Source: Octopus vulgaris (Eukaryota). Taken from it: a DNA stretch of 64,000 bases. The stretch is taken from contig OX597819.1 of the NCBI GenBank assembly GCA_951406725.2, positions 14,570,001 to 14,634,000 of the forward strand. Direction: 5' to 3'. The position numbers were made by a program, and so were the translations under genes. Positions 1 through 12,121 of this stretch are shown piece by piece (position 1 is the stretch's first letter; each line of letters begins with the position of its first letter). Below the pieces are notes generated by a model. It made no database searches. It was not told the origin of the DNA and was given only the letters and a program-made list of their open reading frames with translations.

Positions 1-37
1 GTTTCGGCTGATATACCCTCCAGCCTTCATCAGGTAT
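1..37 (-). ncRNA. Minimal type I hammerhead ribozyme, canonical CUGAUGA core, 3' part outside the window
   Basis: Reverse complement: atac CTGATGA a GGCTG gagggtatat CAGCC GAAAC. Confidence 0.7.
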
Positions 38-87
38 CTTGGGGAAATTTCGAACCGGGGTTCTCATTCCTAAGGTATTTTTCGATG

Positions 88-181
<94 letters not shown>

Positions 182-276
182 CATTATTATTATTATTATT
201 CAGGTCACTGCTTGGAATCGAGCTCGGAATCTAGGAGTTAGTAGCCTACGCGCTTAACCACTACACCATATGCCCG
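1..276 (-). mobile_element. tRNA-headed SINE carrying a hammerhead ribozyme (family D), cut by the window start
   Basis: Minus strand reads gggcatatggtgtagtggttaag (A box)...gagctcgattcc (B box), then (AAT)n, then ctgatga-a-ggctg...cagcc-gaaac. Homologous to the copy at 7793-8075. Confidence 0.8.
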
Positions 277-454
277 ATTTTTCTTATGTGTATTAACGGG
301 AAATTCGTTTTCGATTTTAACTGCAGGTACGCTATATGTATTGATAACGTGGTTGATTGATAATGTATTTTATTGATAATATGGTCTATTGATTGTATAT
401 TTTACAACGAATTCAATATGACATCGTTTGTATATATGACATAGAGAGAGTGAG

Positions 455-490
<36 letters not shown>

Positions 491-879
491 GGGAAGGATA
501 AGATATATAAACGTAAATTAGTTCGAAAATATCATCACGTTCAGGTGAAAGGTGGATCGACAAGTTACTTAATCTAACGAACGAAATACTTTTGCGGGTA
601 GAAAGGGCTCCTTAGCCGTAGTGAAGGCAATCTATCTAGGGAGATAACCTTACAATAAATCACTCGGTCCGTAGCTTAGAAATACTGGGTTGACGTCCAG
701 CGGGAACAGCTTTGTTTCATGGAGAAGGAAAGATCTTCTTTAGTACTTAGTTGTACAATGCTTTCCAATGTGTGTAGTAGTGGCGCGCGCACACATTATT
801 AGCCATTTGAAAAGACTATGAAAGACTCGACCACGGTCGAACAATGATGATGATGATTTGCGGTCTTTTTCTGTTCTAA

Positions 880-1505
880 GTTCAAATCCCACTGATATCA
901 ACTCTTCTTTCAACCCCACCCCACGGTCGACAAAATAAAGTATCTGCCAAATACTGGAGTTGATGTAATCCACAAACTGACATAATTACCGACATCTTGG
1001 CAGACGTCTGCTGTTGGAAACGATTGAGCAGGTTTGCTAGGCTTTTACACCCTCTTCTCCAAATCAGGTAACCCCAACACAATCCATGCGAGCATCCGAG
1101 ATGGTGTTCCAGTCGCCGACTAGCGCTAAAGAGTGAGACCTCCAAACACCTAAAGAAAGCTAGTTGTTGCACCCCAGTTGGGACATGCACAGTAACTAGT
1201 TTAAAGGTGTCGCCTTCACTACAGTTCCCGTCTCGGACCATTAACCTACCACCCGCGTCCAAGAAGATCAACCGTATCACGAGTCCCAGGCTTTTCCGAA
1301 AAGCACCGCCACCCATCCCGTCCCGGACCGAGTAAGAAATGCGAAGATCTCAAAATCGCCAAAAATGAGTACTAAGGTGCGTGTGCTGTGAATCCTGGTC
1401 TTACTGATAGCTATCACATCTAAAGTTAGCGACCTGAGGTCACTGAGCAGGCAACCCTATTTCCAGAATGATGCCAGGTCATCCACTGTGAACTACCATA
1501 TTGGC
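880..1505 (-). pseudogene. Degraded AP-endonuclease domain of a Tx1/L1-like LINE ORF2
   Basis: Minus-strand translation gives 'GCLLSDLRSLTLDVIAISKTR' and 'LDAGGRLMVRDG...FKLVTVHVPTG...FFRCLE', resembling L1/Tx1 APE motifs. Frameshifted. Confidence 0.6.
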
Positions 1506-2050
1506 TTAAAGATGAAGAGAAGATAAAGAAACGAGTTACCTATTTGGTTGACCCAGAGACCAGTTGATTCGGTCTCCATGGAATTTTGAGTTTCTTAAAA
1601 AGTTCTTTGGGAGCCTATTCCTAGCCCTTACACTCGGAATTCCCATATTATTGGGCAAATTTTTCTTCAATATTCTATGTTTCCAACAATAACCCCACTT
1701 AAAATTTTTTGAAAAAGCTGGACCTGAAGGCCACTCCCCCTGCTTCAAGGTTTACGTTTTTCTTTCTCCGCCAAGGATATCAGTTTATATTTGTGTTCCG
1801 TATCAGTACAAAGTCTGGGGTGCGTCTGATTTATTGATGTTGTGTTTATGTATCAGTCTGCTGTGTGTATTTTCTTTTTGTTGAGGTGAGTGTTGGTTGT
1901 GGAGAGTTGTTGTGGACTTGTGTGTTTTGCGTGGCTGTGGTTTCGGTGAAATGTCATCGTTGTCTGGCACATTAAGAGCGGTTGGCGTATTTTAGAATGT
2001 TTTGTGACTTTTCCTATTATTATTGTTGTTGTTGTTGTTGTTGTTATTGT

Positions 2051-2607
2051 TGAGTGAGAGAGCAGTGCATGCCATCAAAATGACACTAGGGTAAAATATA
2101 CGAAGCCCAATATACCCATCATGACTACAGGCCTGATAAGGGTACACCAGGCACATGCATCACAACCATATGTGCACAACATGGTGATCTCATATCAAGA
2201 TACACAGCACATGACCTTGCAGATGGGGCCCAGTTAGAAATTTCTTCTGGCCGAGTAGCCCATCCCGCTCAAAAGGTCCTTGTATAAGGGTTGTTTAAGG
2301 ATGTTGAACGAAACACCCATGTTTCCAGAGGTATATAATTCAAACCCCAAAGAATCCCTCTCAACACATGGCTACGATGCTCCCCCACTACTTCTGCTCG
2401 TGATCAGAGATGCACATATCGTCAGCCACTAAGGGACATGCTCAACTGGTTAAGGTCAAACAACTGACAAGCAAATCTGTGGTATTGAGCAGAATATTTG
2501 CTGTAGCCCATCTTTTATACCAAGACGAAACAATGTACATGATAACACTTCCAATCAGTTAAGATCAGAAGCCATGAGAGCCACTGCCTGGTACTGCATC
2601 AGGACAT

Positions 2608-2608
<1 letters not shown>
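2051..2608 (-). mobile_element. Non-coding ~560-bp interspersed repeat flanked by (TAA/CAA)n
   Basis: High-identity copies at 55429-55916 and, inverted, at 55059-55287. All copies abut ATT-type tracts. Strand assignment is arbitrary. Confidence 0.75.
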
Positions 2609-2680
<72 letters not shown>

Positions 2681-2685
2681 CATCA

Positions 2686-2764
<79 letters not shown>

Positions 2765-2769
2765 GGTGA

Positions 2770-3615
2770 CGAGTAGGTAGATATGGTCTGGGATCGTTTC
2801 TACCTTTTCCAGCCTAATCTGTAGGAGGATTTCCACCGTGGTCCCACACCAAAACTCCATCTTCGTTCATTCGACTTCGTGGAATGTACAACTTCCTTCT
2901 AGCGTAACACAAGCTCACAACCACCACTTGTGCAACCCAGGTAAAATTCTCTCTATCTTGTAATCGTCGTATTTTACGCAATATGTCTGCAATTCCAAGT
3001 AATGCCGACATTTGCATTGCATCTAGATTGTGAGGTATTTCTAATGTTTCAGGTGGGTTTTTTTCTTCAGATTGGGTGGTATTGAAGCCAATGCTCCGAT
3101 AACAATAGGGATAAACTTTATGTTTGACTCTCGTAGCTACCTCATCTTAGCGATCTCAGTTCTTAGGTCTTCATATTAATCAACCTTTTCTCTTTCTATC
3201 ATGATGATATGTTGATCTCCTGGCACAGCCACATCAATTATCAGGCACTCTTGTTTGTCCCTCCTAAAGGTGACTATATCTGGCCTTCAGTGTTCTAATA
3301 CTTTGTCTGTCTGGAAATCAAAGTCCCAGAGGATTTTTGCCTTCCCCTTTTCGTCCATTATCTTCTCCGGTGTATTGTTGGTACCAAGCACCCGTAACCT
3401 CATATTCATACTTACGGCATAGTAGCCAGTGAAGGTTTGAGGCTACCTTGTCGTGTCTACGTTTGTACTTTTTCTGTACAAGACTTTCACAAGCCCTAAC
3501 AATGTGAATAACGCTTTCGACCCTCTTCCAACACATTCTGCAGAGGTTCGATGCACTTATGTGGTATATATCATTTTCCCCTGAGTTAGTATTCAATGCC
3601 TGGTCCTGCGCCGCG
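2770..3615 (-). pseudogene. R4/Dong-clade non-LTR retrotransposon 3' end (zinc knuckle, restriction-like endonuclease, 3' UTR)
   Basis: 'CRMCWKRVESVIHIVRACESLVQKKYKRRHDKVASNLHWLLCRKY...WY', followed in other frames by 'WDFDFQTD...RPDIV...IIDVAVPGD' and 'IPIVIGALA'. Flanked on both sides by (TAA)n. Confidence 0.85.
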
Positions 3616-3618
3616 ATG

Positions 3619-3706
<88 letters not shown>

Positions 3707-3719
3707 TAATAATAATAAG

Positions 3720-4037
3720 GTATGCGATAAGGAAGAAAGAAAAGTCGAGAGATATGACAGGTTAGCTTGAGAAGTTAAGCAGTTGTGGTCGATGAAAAAG
3801 GTAGCAGTAGTACCAATAATTGTCGGAGCCCTGGGAACAGTGAGCAAAAATCTCGAGAAGTACGTGGAACAAATAGGGGTTGCAATAAGGGTGGAGCACT
3901 TGCCGAAAACAGCACTGCTTGAAACCGCTCGAATACTCCGGATGGTGCTCGAAAAATAAGGAGTGTTACCTTAGTTCACTGGTAGTGAACAGCTGACACC
4001 GTAGTACATCTCCAGCGTTAGAAAGAGTGCAAAGGCA
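3720..4037 (+). pseudogene. Second R4/Dong-type C-terminal fragment and 3' UTR
   Basis: 'KQLWSMKKVAVVPIIVGALGTVSKNLEKYVEQIGVAIRVEHLPKTALLETARILRMVLEK*', lying between (TAA)n tracts. Confidence 0.8.
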
Positions 4038-4117
4038 ATAATAATAATAATAATAATTACTGTTGTTGTTGTTGTTGTTGTTGTTGTCGTCGTTGTCGTT
4101 GTTGTTGTTGTTGTTTA

Positions 4118-4330
4118 AAGTAGTTGTAGGGCACTCGGAGCACAAACAACCAGGTTCAAGAAATATGGCAGAGAAATCAGAATTGACATGAGAGCAGAGT
4201 AAGCCCCCTAAACTGCTTTGTTGGGGACAGCAATGGATTTGAAATAGGTACTTGGATGTTGAATGTCTCCTACGATAATTGACAACCAAGTATCAAAGCT
4301 TATAACGTGCAGAAAGAGACCCTGAGAGAC
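4118..4330 (+). pseudogene. Third, older R4/Dong-type C-terminal fragment
   Basis: 'VVVGHS...KYGREIRIDMRAE...KTALLGTA' parallels the fragment at 3720-4037. Confidence 0.55.
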
Positions 4331-4610
4331 CTCTGACAGCAGGCTGCTGTCCGCTTTCACAGAATCTACCAGAACAAACAAGAATCTGTGCTGCACGGAA
4401 TCTTGTCAGTGAACAGGTCGCGGTCTCAAAGCGACGAAAATATTTCGGCAAATTAAATTTAGATGTTGAATTGAATCTAAAACGGCTTTTTATGTGTTTC
4501 TTAAATGGCTTATAAACACCTTCCACACTGCAATTGTTTTCGTTCCAGCACACGTTCTCGGATCAGGTCACTTGCTATGCAAGTACGTCTCCGTAATAAT
4601 AATAATAATG

Positions 4611-4677
<67 letters not shown>

Positions 4678-4691
4678 TGATGATGATGATG

Positions 4692-4757
<66 letters not shown>

Positions 4758-5041
4758 CCAACAGCAACAATAGATATTAATTTCTTACATTGGCAGAATG
4801 CCATCCATTTTAGCACCGACTTAAACTATTTGGAAGAGAATATACAAGGATTTCTTCTATCAGCTAGAACATGAGAAGTCATCGGCAGCAAAATATGCCA
4901 AATCTAACCATCAAGTGCAGCTATATCCGGGTTGAAATACCTCGTTTTCTTTCGTCACTGCATTTTCTAACCTTTGCCTGCATCTCTCTCTCCCTTACTC
5001 TCTCTCTCTCTCTCTCTCTCCCTTTAGTTGTCTAAGCATAT

Positions 5042-5081
<40 letters not shown>

Positions 5082-5229
5082 GAGAGAGAGGGAGATAAAG
5101 TGAAATGGGAAAAAGAGAGACGTAGTCTGATCCTATCTTAGATATGCATCAGACAACAAGCTGGCGTTTCCCACCGAAGAAATATGGTACGAATTCCTGA
5201 CAGCTAGACAGCACCGAAGTAATGGAAAA

Positions 5230-5350
5230 CTGCGTTAAGGGTTCACGTGTCTGTGGAATGCACAGTCACTTGCACGTTCATTTCTCGAGCAGGCTGTTCC
5301 GTTGAACCGATCAACTGGAACCCTCGTCATCTCAACCGACAGAGTGTCAC
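5230..5350 (+). mobile_element. 3' fragment of SINE family C
   Basis: ctgcgttaagggttcacgtgtctgtggaatgc...cacttgcacgtt matches the body of the copy at 27283-27788, then diverges into a different tail. Confidence 0.6.
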
Positions 5351-5377
5351 GATATCTATAGAGCCTTGGCTTTTTAT

Positions 5378-5393
5378 CTTATATATATATATA

Positions 5394-5487
<94 letters not shown>

Positions 5488-5604
5488 TAAATGATTACAC
5501 TATATATATAGTGTGTGTATATATATATATGTATATATATATGTGTGTGTGTGTATATATATACATATATATGTATATATATATATACATATATATGTAT
5601 ATAC

Positions 5605-5637
<33 letters not shown>

Positions 5638-5697
5638 CATACATATATATATATATACATATATATATATATTACATATATATTACATATATATTAC

Positions 5698-5728
<31 letters not shown>

Positions 5729-5752
5729 TTTATATATATGTGTGTGTGTGTG
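5378..5752. repeat. (TA)n/(TG)n compound microsatellite
   Basis: Direct inspection. Confidence 0.95.
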
Positions 5753-6170
5753 AAGACACATGACATAAAATAACGTTCATCACTGAATATATTTATTCTG
5801 TCTGTGTTAAAGCCCCCTCCTCCTCCTCCTCCGCCCTCCCCCTACCTTCTTATTTTACATCTGTGATATTATTTATAACTATTAATAACAGTCGTGTGAC
5901 GTCATTATGCGCATTGTGTAACTATCTTATTAGTTTCATTTTCCTAAATAGCTTGGTTATTATTTTTTTTATTGTTGTTGGTGTTAGTGTTGCTGCTGTT
6001 GTTACTGTTGTTGTGCAGCTTCAAATCGAGTCTCACAAAACAGACTTAAAGATCAAAGGCATTCCATCTGTGAATATAATGTCGTTATTTATTTTTATTA
6101 TTACTTTTTTTTTTGCAGACAGTGTATCTAAAACTACATTATTAAATGTGTCCTTCCGTTTTTTAAAACG

Positions 6171-6216
<46 letters not shown>

Positions 6217-6219
<3 letters not shown>

Positions 6220-6259
6220 CGCCTGAAGATCGCAGTAGCGTGAAACTCGAGTCGCGAAA
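6217..6259 (+). ncRNA. Minimal type I hammerhead ribozyme embedded in (TA)n
   Basis: TTTCGC CTGAAGA t CGC agta GCG t GAAAC tcga GTC GCGAAA. 6-bp helix I, helix II, palindromic helix III (ACTCGAGT) and a GUC cleavage triplet. Confidence 0.8.
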
Positions 6260-6292
6260 CAAACTCTCAGCTTCTCTTTTAGTAAAAAAATA

Positions 6293-6325
<33 letters not shown>

Positions 6326-6330
6326 GTGTA

Positions 6331-6386
<56 letters not shown>

Positions 6387-6894
6387 CGTGTGTGTGTGTC
6401 TACCACCGGAGACGTTCATCTAAACCGGTTTGCTATCTTTCAGTAACGATGAAACATATCTATTGTTCAGTTGAATCATTTTACGATGTCGCCGACTACC
6501 AAAACCGACCAACATCTAAACGTTATTTATAGTTAGAAATGGCAGTGAACATCATTGTACTTTTAATTCCTCTTTCAGAACGAGGTCTGAACTTTTTCAT
6601 TCACCTGTCATGTCTTTTCCTACAATGCAATTGTCTCTCAACAAATAATATTGTTCATTGTCTTTTCCACAGATTAAAAGTTCGAATCTAATACAAGTTT
6701 AGTGTTGTATTGTATATTTATGAAACTTCTTTTCCTCTCAAATCCAATAACAATGAAATATTTTCTATCGAGTTATCACTTGTTTTCCACCATCTTTCCA
6801 TAGCCATATATCTCACCAGAAACAGCTCTAGGAGCAATATCTATGTTATTAGTAAATTAAAATCTCAAGATTAAGTTTTTCAAAATTATATCTA

Positions 6895-7420
6895 CGAGGG
6901 TGAGTCAAAAAGTAATGCCATTTTGTTTAGGGCAGGTATAATTACCAACACAGAAACACGTATCATACATCAAAATGAAGCTGGTCCTCTGTGGATTACA
7001 TCCCTACTTCTCAACATAGTCACCGTTTCTCTCAATAGCAATGTTCCACCTTCGAATGAGAGCATGCATCCCTGCCCCGTAAAATTCTGTTGACTGTTCT
7101 TTGAACCACTTCTTCACTACAATTTTCACTTCCTCGTCACTGGAATAATGTTTACCTCTCAAACCCTCTTTCATGGCGCCGAAGAGATGATAATCTGAAG
7201 GCGATAAATCTGGTGAGCGTGGAGGTAGTGAAGAAGTGGCTCAAAGAACAGTCAACAGAATTTTACTGGGCAGCGATACATGCTTTGAAGTCACCATTGC
7301 TATTGAGAGAAACGGGGACTATTTTGAGAAGTAGGGATGTGATCCACAGAGGACCAGCTTCCTGTGTTGGTAATTATACCTGTCCTAAACAAAATAGCAT
7401 TACTTTTTGACTCACCCTCG
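6895..7420. mobile_element. Mariner-derived fold-back element (two transposon 3' ends joined back to back)
   Basis: TA|cgagggtgagtcaaaaagtaatgc...gcattactttttgactcaccctcg|TA. The mariner transposase C-terminus 'VKKW(F/L)KEQSTEFY...HAL...IAIERNGDY' occurs on both strands. Confidence 0.85.
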
Positions 7421-7792
7421 TATACAGACATATGACAAAGGAGTACCAGGTCTTGGGTTGTCAGATCAATTCGATCGTTCTTTCTTTGCGTTTATTATTA
7501 ATCCTTATATTTCATCACCAATTTCAAAAAAAGAAGAAAAAAAACAATCAATTCTCTTTCATTGTTCATGACTTGTTGCCAGCATTCTGCTTGCTTGTTA
7601 ATGCCTTGATGGTAGAAAGCTTCAGGTCTTGACTCAAAGAGTTTGAGTCATGTTTTCGGCTCCACATCATTGCTGAATAAAGTACCTCACAGATTGTAGG
7701 AAAGCAACTAAAAAAAAAGGTAATAATCTGAAGGTGATATGCCAGAAGACAACAATCGGTGCAGTAGAACTTACCAACTCTTGAATACCATT

Positions 7793-8075
7793 ATTTACAT
7801 ATGCCCACGGGCATGTGGTGTAGTGGTTAAGAACGCAGGCTACTAACCCCAAGATTCTGAGTTCGATTCCAGGCAGTGACCTGAATAATAATAATAATAT
7901 TGAAAAATACCTTAGGAATGAGAATCCAAGTTCGAAATTTTCCCAAGACACCTGACGAATGCTGGAGGGTATATATCAGCGGAAATGTTGTGTTAACAAC
8001 AAACAGAATGAGGACAAATATCCGGCAAATGTAAATAATATACATAATTCCTCATCTCTTAAATACAGAACTGGA
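7793..8075 (+). mobile_element. Full-length tRNA-headed hammerhead SINE (family D) with a 14-bp TSD
   Basis: TSD tcttgaataccatt at 7779-7792 and 8076-8089. A box tggtgtagtggt, B box gttcgattcc, short (AAT)n, hammerhead at 7948-7993. Confidence 0.85.
7948..7993 (+). ncRNA. Minimal type I hammerhead ribozyme (CUGACGA core)
   Basis: ACAC CTGACGA a t GCTG gagggtatatat CAGC g GAAA tg TT GTGT. Helix I is acac/gtgt. Confidence 0.65.
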
Positions 8076-8571
8076 TCTTGAATACCATTTATGGACAACT
8101 TAGTGATGTGGGGCAAGTGTTGTTGTGTTGAAGAAGCATGCTGTGTTACTGATGTGGTTTTTTTTGCGGGGTGGAACTCACTCATCGAATGAACATCTTG
8201 TCTGCTGGGCCAATTCCCTAGTGGATTAGTATAAATCCTCTTGGATGAGTTCCTTCAATCAATCCTCATGGAACTGTGTACATTGACCAGTAAAGAAGTG
8301 TTTGTGAACCTGAATGTCTCCTCGTTGATGTGGGAAAACTATTTTTGTTTTTGTTTGTTTTTAGTTCTTTCAGTAATCGCACTTTCTCTATACACTGCAC
8401 AAGCATCTTGAGCAGTTTTGATAGTTTGATTGAAAATGAAGAGAACCAGGTGGCGAAAGTGCCCCCCCCCCCCACCACATTTTTTTCTTTTGGGTTGCCA
8501 GAAAAATTCTTTCGTTTCTTTTAAAAGTTATTTGAATTTACATTAAATACAATCACGAACACACACAATCA

Positions 8572-8605
<34 letters not shown>

Positions 8606-8682
8606 GACTGGAAAGTTGAGCACATTTTTATCCGTGTTTCGTTACACACGTTTCTTTGCAGTATAGGAACTACATTATGAAT

Positions 8683-8898
8683 ATGGTTTTAAATTTCGAC
8701 ACAAGGCCCGTAATCTCAAGTGAAAGGTAAGTGGATTACATTGACCTCAGTACACAACTGGCACTTTTTTATCAACCCCAGAAGGATGAAAGTCAAAGTT
8801 ACCCCTCGACGGAATTTGAACTTAATGTGTAAAGGCGGACGAAATACCGTTAATTATTTTGTCCGGCGTGCTAACGATTGTGCCAACTCACTGCCTTA
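8683..8898 (-). mobile_element. SINE family B (older subfamily)
   Basis: tRNA-like head plus the central domain ttcatccttctggggttgataaa; left arm of an inverted pair. Confidence 0.75.
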
Positions 8899-8949
8899 TA
8901 TGAACATAAATATTATTAATAATAATAGAAATAATATTTAATTACTCTG

Positions 8950-9158
8950 AGGCTAACAGACTCGTTAGCACGCCGGACAAAATGCTTAGGGGCATTTCGT
9001 CCGCCTTTACAATCAGAGTTCAAATTCCGTCGATGGTGACTTTGACTTTCAACCTTCCGGGGTCGATAGAATAAGTACCAGCTGTGTTCTGAGGTTGAAG
9101 TATTCGACTTGCCCTCTTCCCCTAAATCGCTGGACTTGTGCCGAAATTTGAAACCGTT
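8950..9158 (+). mobile_element. SINE family B (older subfamily)
   Basis: gttagcacgccggacaaaatgcttag...gagttcaaattcc...ggggtcgatagaataagtaccag. Confidence 0.75.
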
Positions 9159-9214
9159 ATTTAATCACTCTATAAATATTGTGATTAACCAGGACATTGC
9201 TGGCATTAAACCCC

Positions 9215-9606
9215 TAGCTTGCTAACCAACCACATGGTTCTGGGTTCAGTCCCACTGCGTGATATCTTGGGCAAGTGTCTTCTGCTAAAGCCCCGGGCCG
9301 ACCAATGCCTTGTGAGTGGATTTGGTAGACGGAAATTGAAAGAAGCCCGTCGTATATATGTATATATATGTATGTATGTGTGTGTGTTTGTGTGTGTGTG
9401 TTTGTCCCCCTAGCATTGCTTGACAACCGATGCTGGTGTGTTTATGTTCCCGTCACTTAGCGGTTCGGCAAAAGAGACCGATAGAATAAGTACTGGGCTT
9501 ACAAAGAATAAGTCCCGGGGTCGAGTTGCTCGACTAAAGGCGGTGCTCCAGCATGGCCGCAGTCAAATGACTGAAACAAGTAAAAGAGTAAAAGAATAAA
9601 AGAGTA
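9215..9606 (+). mobile_element. SINE family A (tRNA head, CORE-like domain, internal microsatellite), 5' truncated
   Basis: cttgggcaagtgtcttct CORE-like motif, internal (TA)(TG) tract, tail gaaacaagtaaaagag. Confidence 0.85.
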
Positions 9607-10100
9607 TGTGTGTGCGTGTGTGTTGTGATGTTTGTTGGAATTATTATTTTCCTGTTCGTGTACGTCCGCGTTCTATTTTTTGGCTGTGCTAATGAGTGTT
9701 AATGAGTGCTTGTATCCACGCGTGTCCTGTTGCAGATAATTATTCCTTTTTCTTACTTTGTGCAGCTATTTGTTTTAGAGATTGTTCTATACGGGAAACA
9801 GAGAAACCCAGGCAGAACAAGCCTCGTTGCATTATTAAAAAGTTCGCTTTGCAATCACGCCCTTCTCACCTCATGAAGCCTTGGAGAAATGCCTTCTGCT
9901 ACAGACTTCAGCTGATGGAAATCTTGAAAGGGGAACTGGTTTTACGAAAACTGTGTGGAAGCTTTCTGATAAAGTGTGTCCGTTGCTAGCGGATGGATAT
10001 AGTATAAGATATATTGCACGGTTTAACACCAACGTTTTGCGGCTGCTGTTGAGTATTTTAAGTTCACTCTGTGGCAATCATTCAGGCCAATACTCTAGAT

Positions 10101-10291
10101 CAGTGCTCCGCAAGTGGTATGCCGCGGCACACTGCTGTGCCACGAGACGATGCTAGATGTGTCGCAGTGTAACCTGAATATAATTTTTTTTCCCTATACT
10201 TTTAGTTATATTTTTAGTTCAGGTGTGCCGCCAAATTTTGAAAAGAATATAAAAGTGTACCGCAAATAAAATAAAGGTTGCGGAAGCACTG
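10101..10291. mobile_element. hAT (Charlie-like) MITE
   Basis: TIRs cagtgctccgcaa / ttgcggaagcactg. Perfect 8-bp TSD ctctagat at 10093-10100 and 10292-10299. Second copy at 57585-58007. Confidence 0.9.
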
Positions 10292-10795
10292 CTCTAGATT
10301 CAGAACCCTGTGCAATGCTTCTGCAACGTAGAGAAGGAAGTTTCTTATTTCCATTTCCTTAATCAGTCTTGGGTCTCCTGCAGAGAGAATATGGTCATCG
10401 CTGTTCCTTATCTGACTAAAACAAACAAAAAAAAATGATAAAAACAATAAAAGCACTCGCGTTTTCTCAAGCATTGTCTTTCTTTTCTTATAACCACTCC
10501 ATAGCAACCCGTTATCAACGGTTTTGAGCGAGAAGACAAGGAAGTTGAGAGGTAGAAGGAGAGAGTGAGAGAGGGGGAGAGAGGGGAAGAGGGAGAGGGG
10601 CAGAGAGACGGACAGACAGAGACAGAGAGATTAAGGTAAAGGTGGAAAGATTAAGAGGAAGGAGAGAGGAAGGAAAACGATAAAATGAATGCAAAATGGA
10701 CAGCTGGTCACACGAGCGACAAACCGCAGTAGAGCGAAGTCAGACGCCATACAGCGATCTGTTGATCAGAGAGACAAGACGGCCATGTACTCTTA

Positions 10796-10848
<53 letters not shown>

Positions 10849-11128
10849 GGTGTCAGCTGATATGGGTGAGTGGTTGAGTACGTTTGCCTGTAGCTGGGCG
10901 GTGTGGTTACGAATGGAGGGTTTCATTGGATATGGATGGCCTCTTGACACAAACCAATGCTTGAATCGTGAACTGAAAGGTTAGCGGCGGACAGACAGAT
11001 GCTCAACCGCCTCACACCGATCATAAGTCCTTGGCACGTGTCAAACTACTTCTACGAATCTACTCTTCCATCTCCTAAGTCTCTCTACTTGTGAGTCGCC
11101 ATGCTGAGGAAGCACTTCACCTGCTCCT

Positions 11129-11160
<32 letters not shown>

Positions 11161-11259
11161 ATTCACCCTCTCTCTTTTTTCTTTCTTTCCCTTTTTCTTT
11201 CTCTTTCACTCACCATTAAAAACCACACAACACGAAGTACACACATGGATAGACATGCA

Positions 11260-11306
<47 letters not shown>

Positions 11307-11657
11307 ACATACGCACACACACAGCTATAAGTATGGGAGAAACAAAGACGGACAGACAAACACACACACACAGACACATTCGCAAGGGTGGTAACTCCAA
11401 TAAAATCAATAAAACTGTGATTTTGGAAAACAGGAAAAATGATACAGACGGCGATGGATTTCGGCAGAAAGCAACAGACATATTTCTGTTTTGATGGGTC
11501 ATCTTAGCGAAGCTAATGGCAAGACAGAATGATATATATATATATATATATATTGATAGAAATGGCAAGACATCAAAAGAATGAAAGAGACCTCGATATT
11601 ATGTAAATAGAAGAATTTATCTGTAAATGTAATATGTGACAATTATTCGGGAGCCAT

Positions 11658-11719
11658 GATAAAACTCCGCGTTTCGGATATCGGGGAGGAAAACCCACGC
11701 CGGCATCTCTTCAGTTATC
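11658..11719 (-). ncRNA. Type I hammerhead motif in the left arm of an inverted repeat
   Basis: Reverse complement: GATAA CTGAAGA gatgccgg...ccgatatc c GAAAC gcgga GTT TTATC. Confidence 0.6.
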
Positions 11720-11756
11720 GGGCCATCAAAAAAATAGTGTGTGTTTTGGGAGATAC

Positions 11757-11990
11757 ATATTTCTTTATTACCCACAAGGGGCTAAACACAGAGGGGACAA
11801 ACAAGGACAGACATAGGTATTAAGTCGATTACATCGACCCCAGTGCGTAACTGGTACTTAATTTATCGACCCCGAAAGGATGAAAGGCAAAAGTCGACCT
11901 CGGCGGAATTTGAACTCACAACGTAACGGCAGACGAAATACGGCTAAGCATTTCGCTCGGCGTGCTAACGTTTCTGCCAGCTCGCCGCCT
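11757..11990 (-). mobile_element. SINE family B, full length, 15-bp TSD
   Basis: TSD tgttttgggagatac at 11742-11756 and 11991-12005. Confidence 0.9.
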
Positions 11991-12121
11991 TGTTTTGGGA
12001 GATACCTGACTGCTGTTTCTAGCTGATCGAGTGATGACCACTTAGCGGCTCCCATATTGGCTGGTTGTAAGTTATTTAGCTTGTTGTGGTTGCGCTTGTC
12101 CCCAATATTACCGTAATCCTA

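Noticed and set aside
9881-10090. ORF with 'LLADGYSIRYIARF', resembling a Tc1 HTH
   Set aside because: Too short and weak; no TIR or catalytic domain seen.
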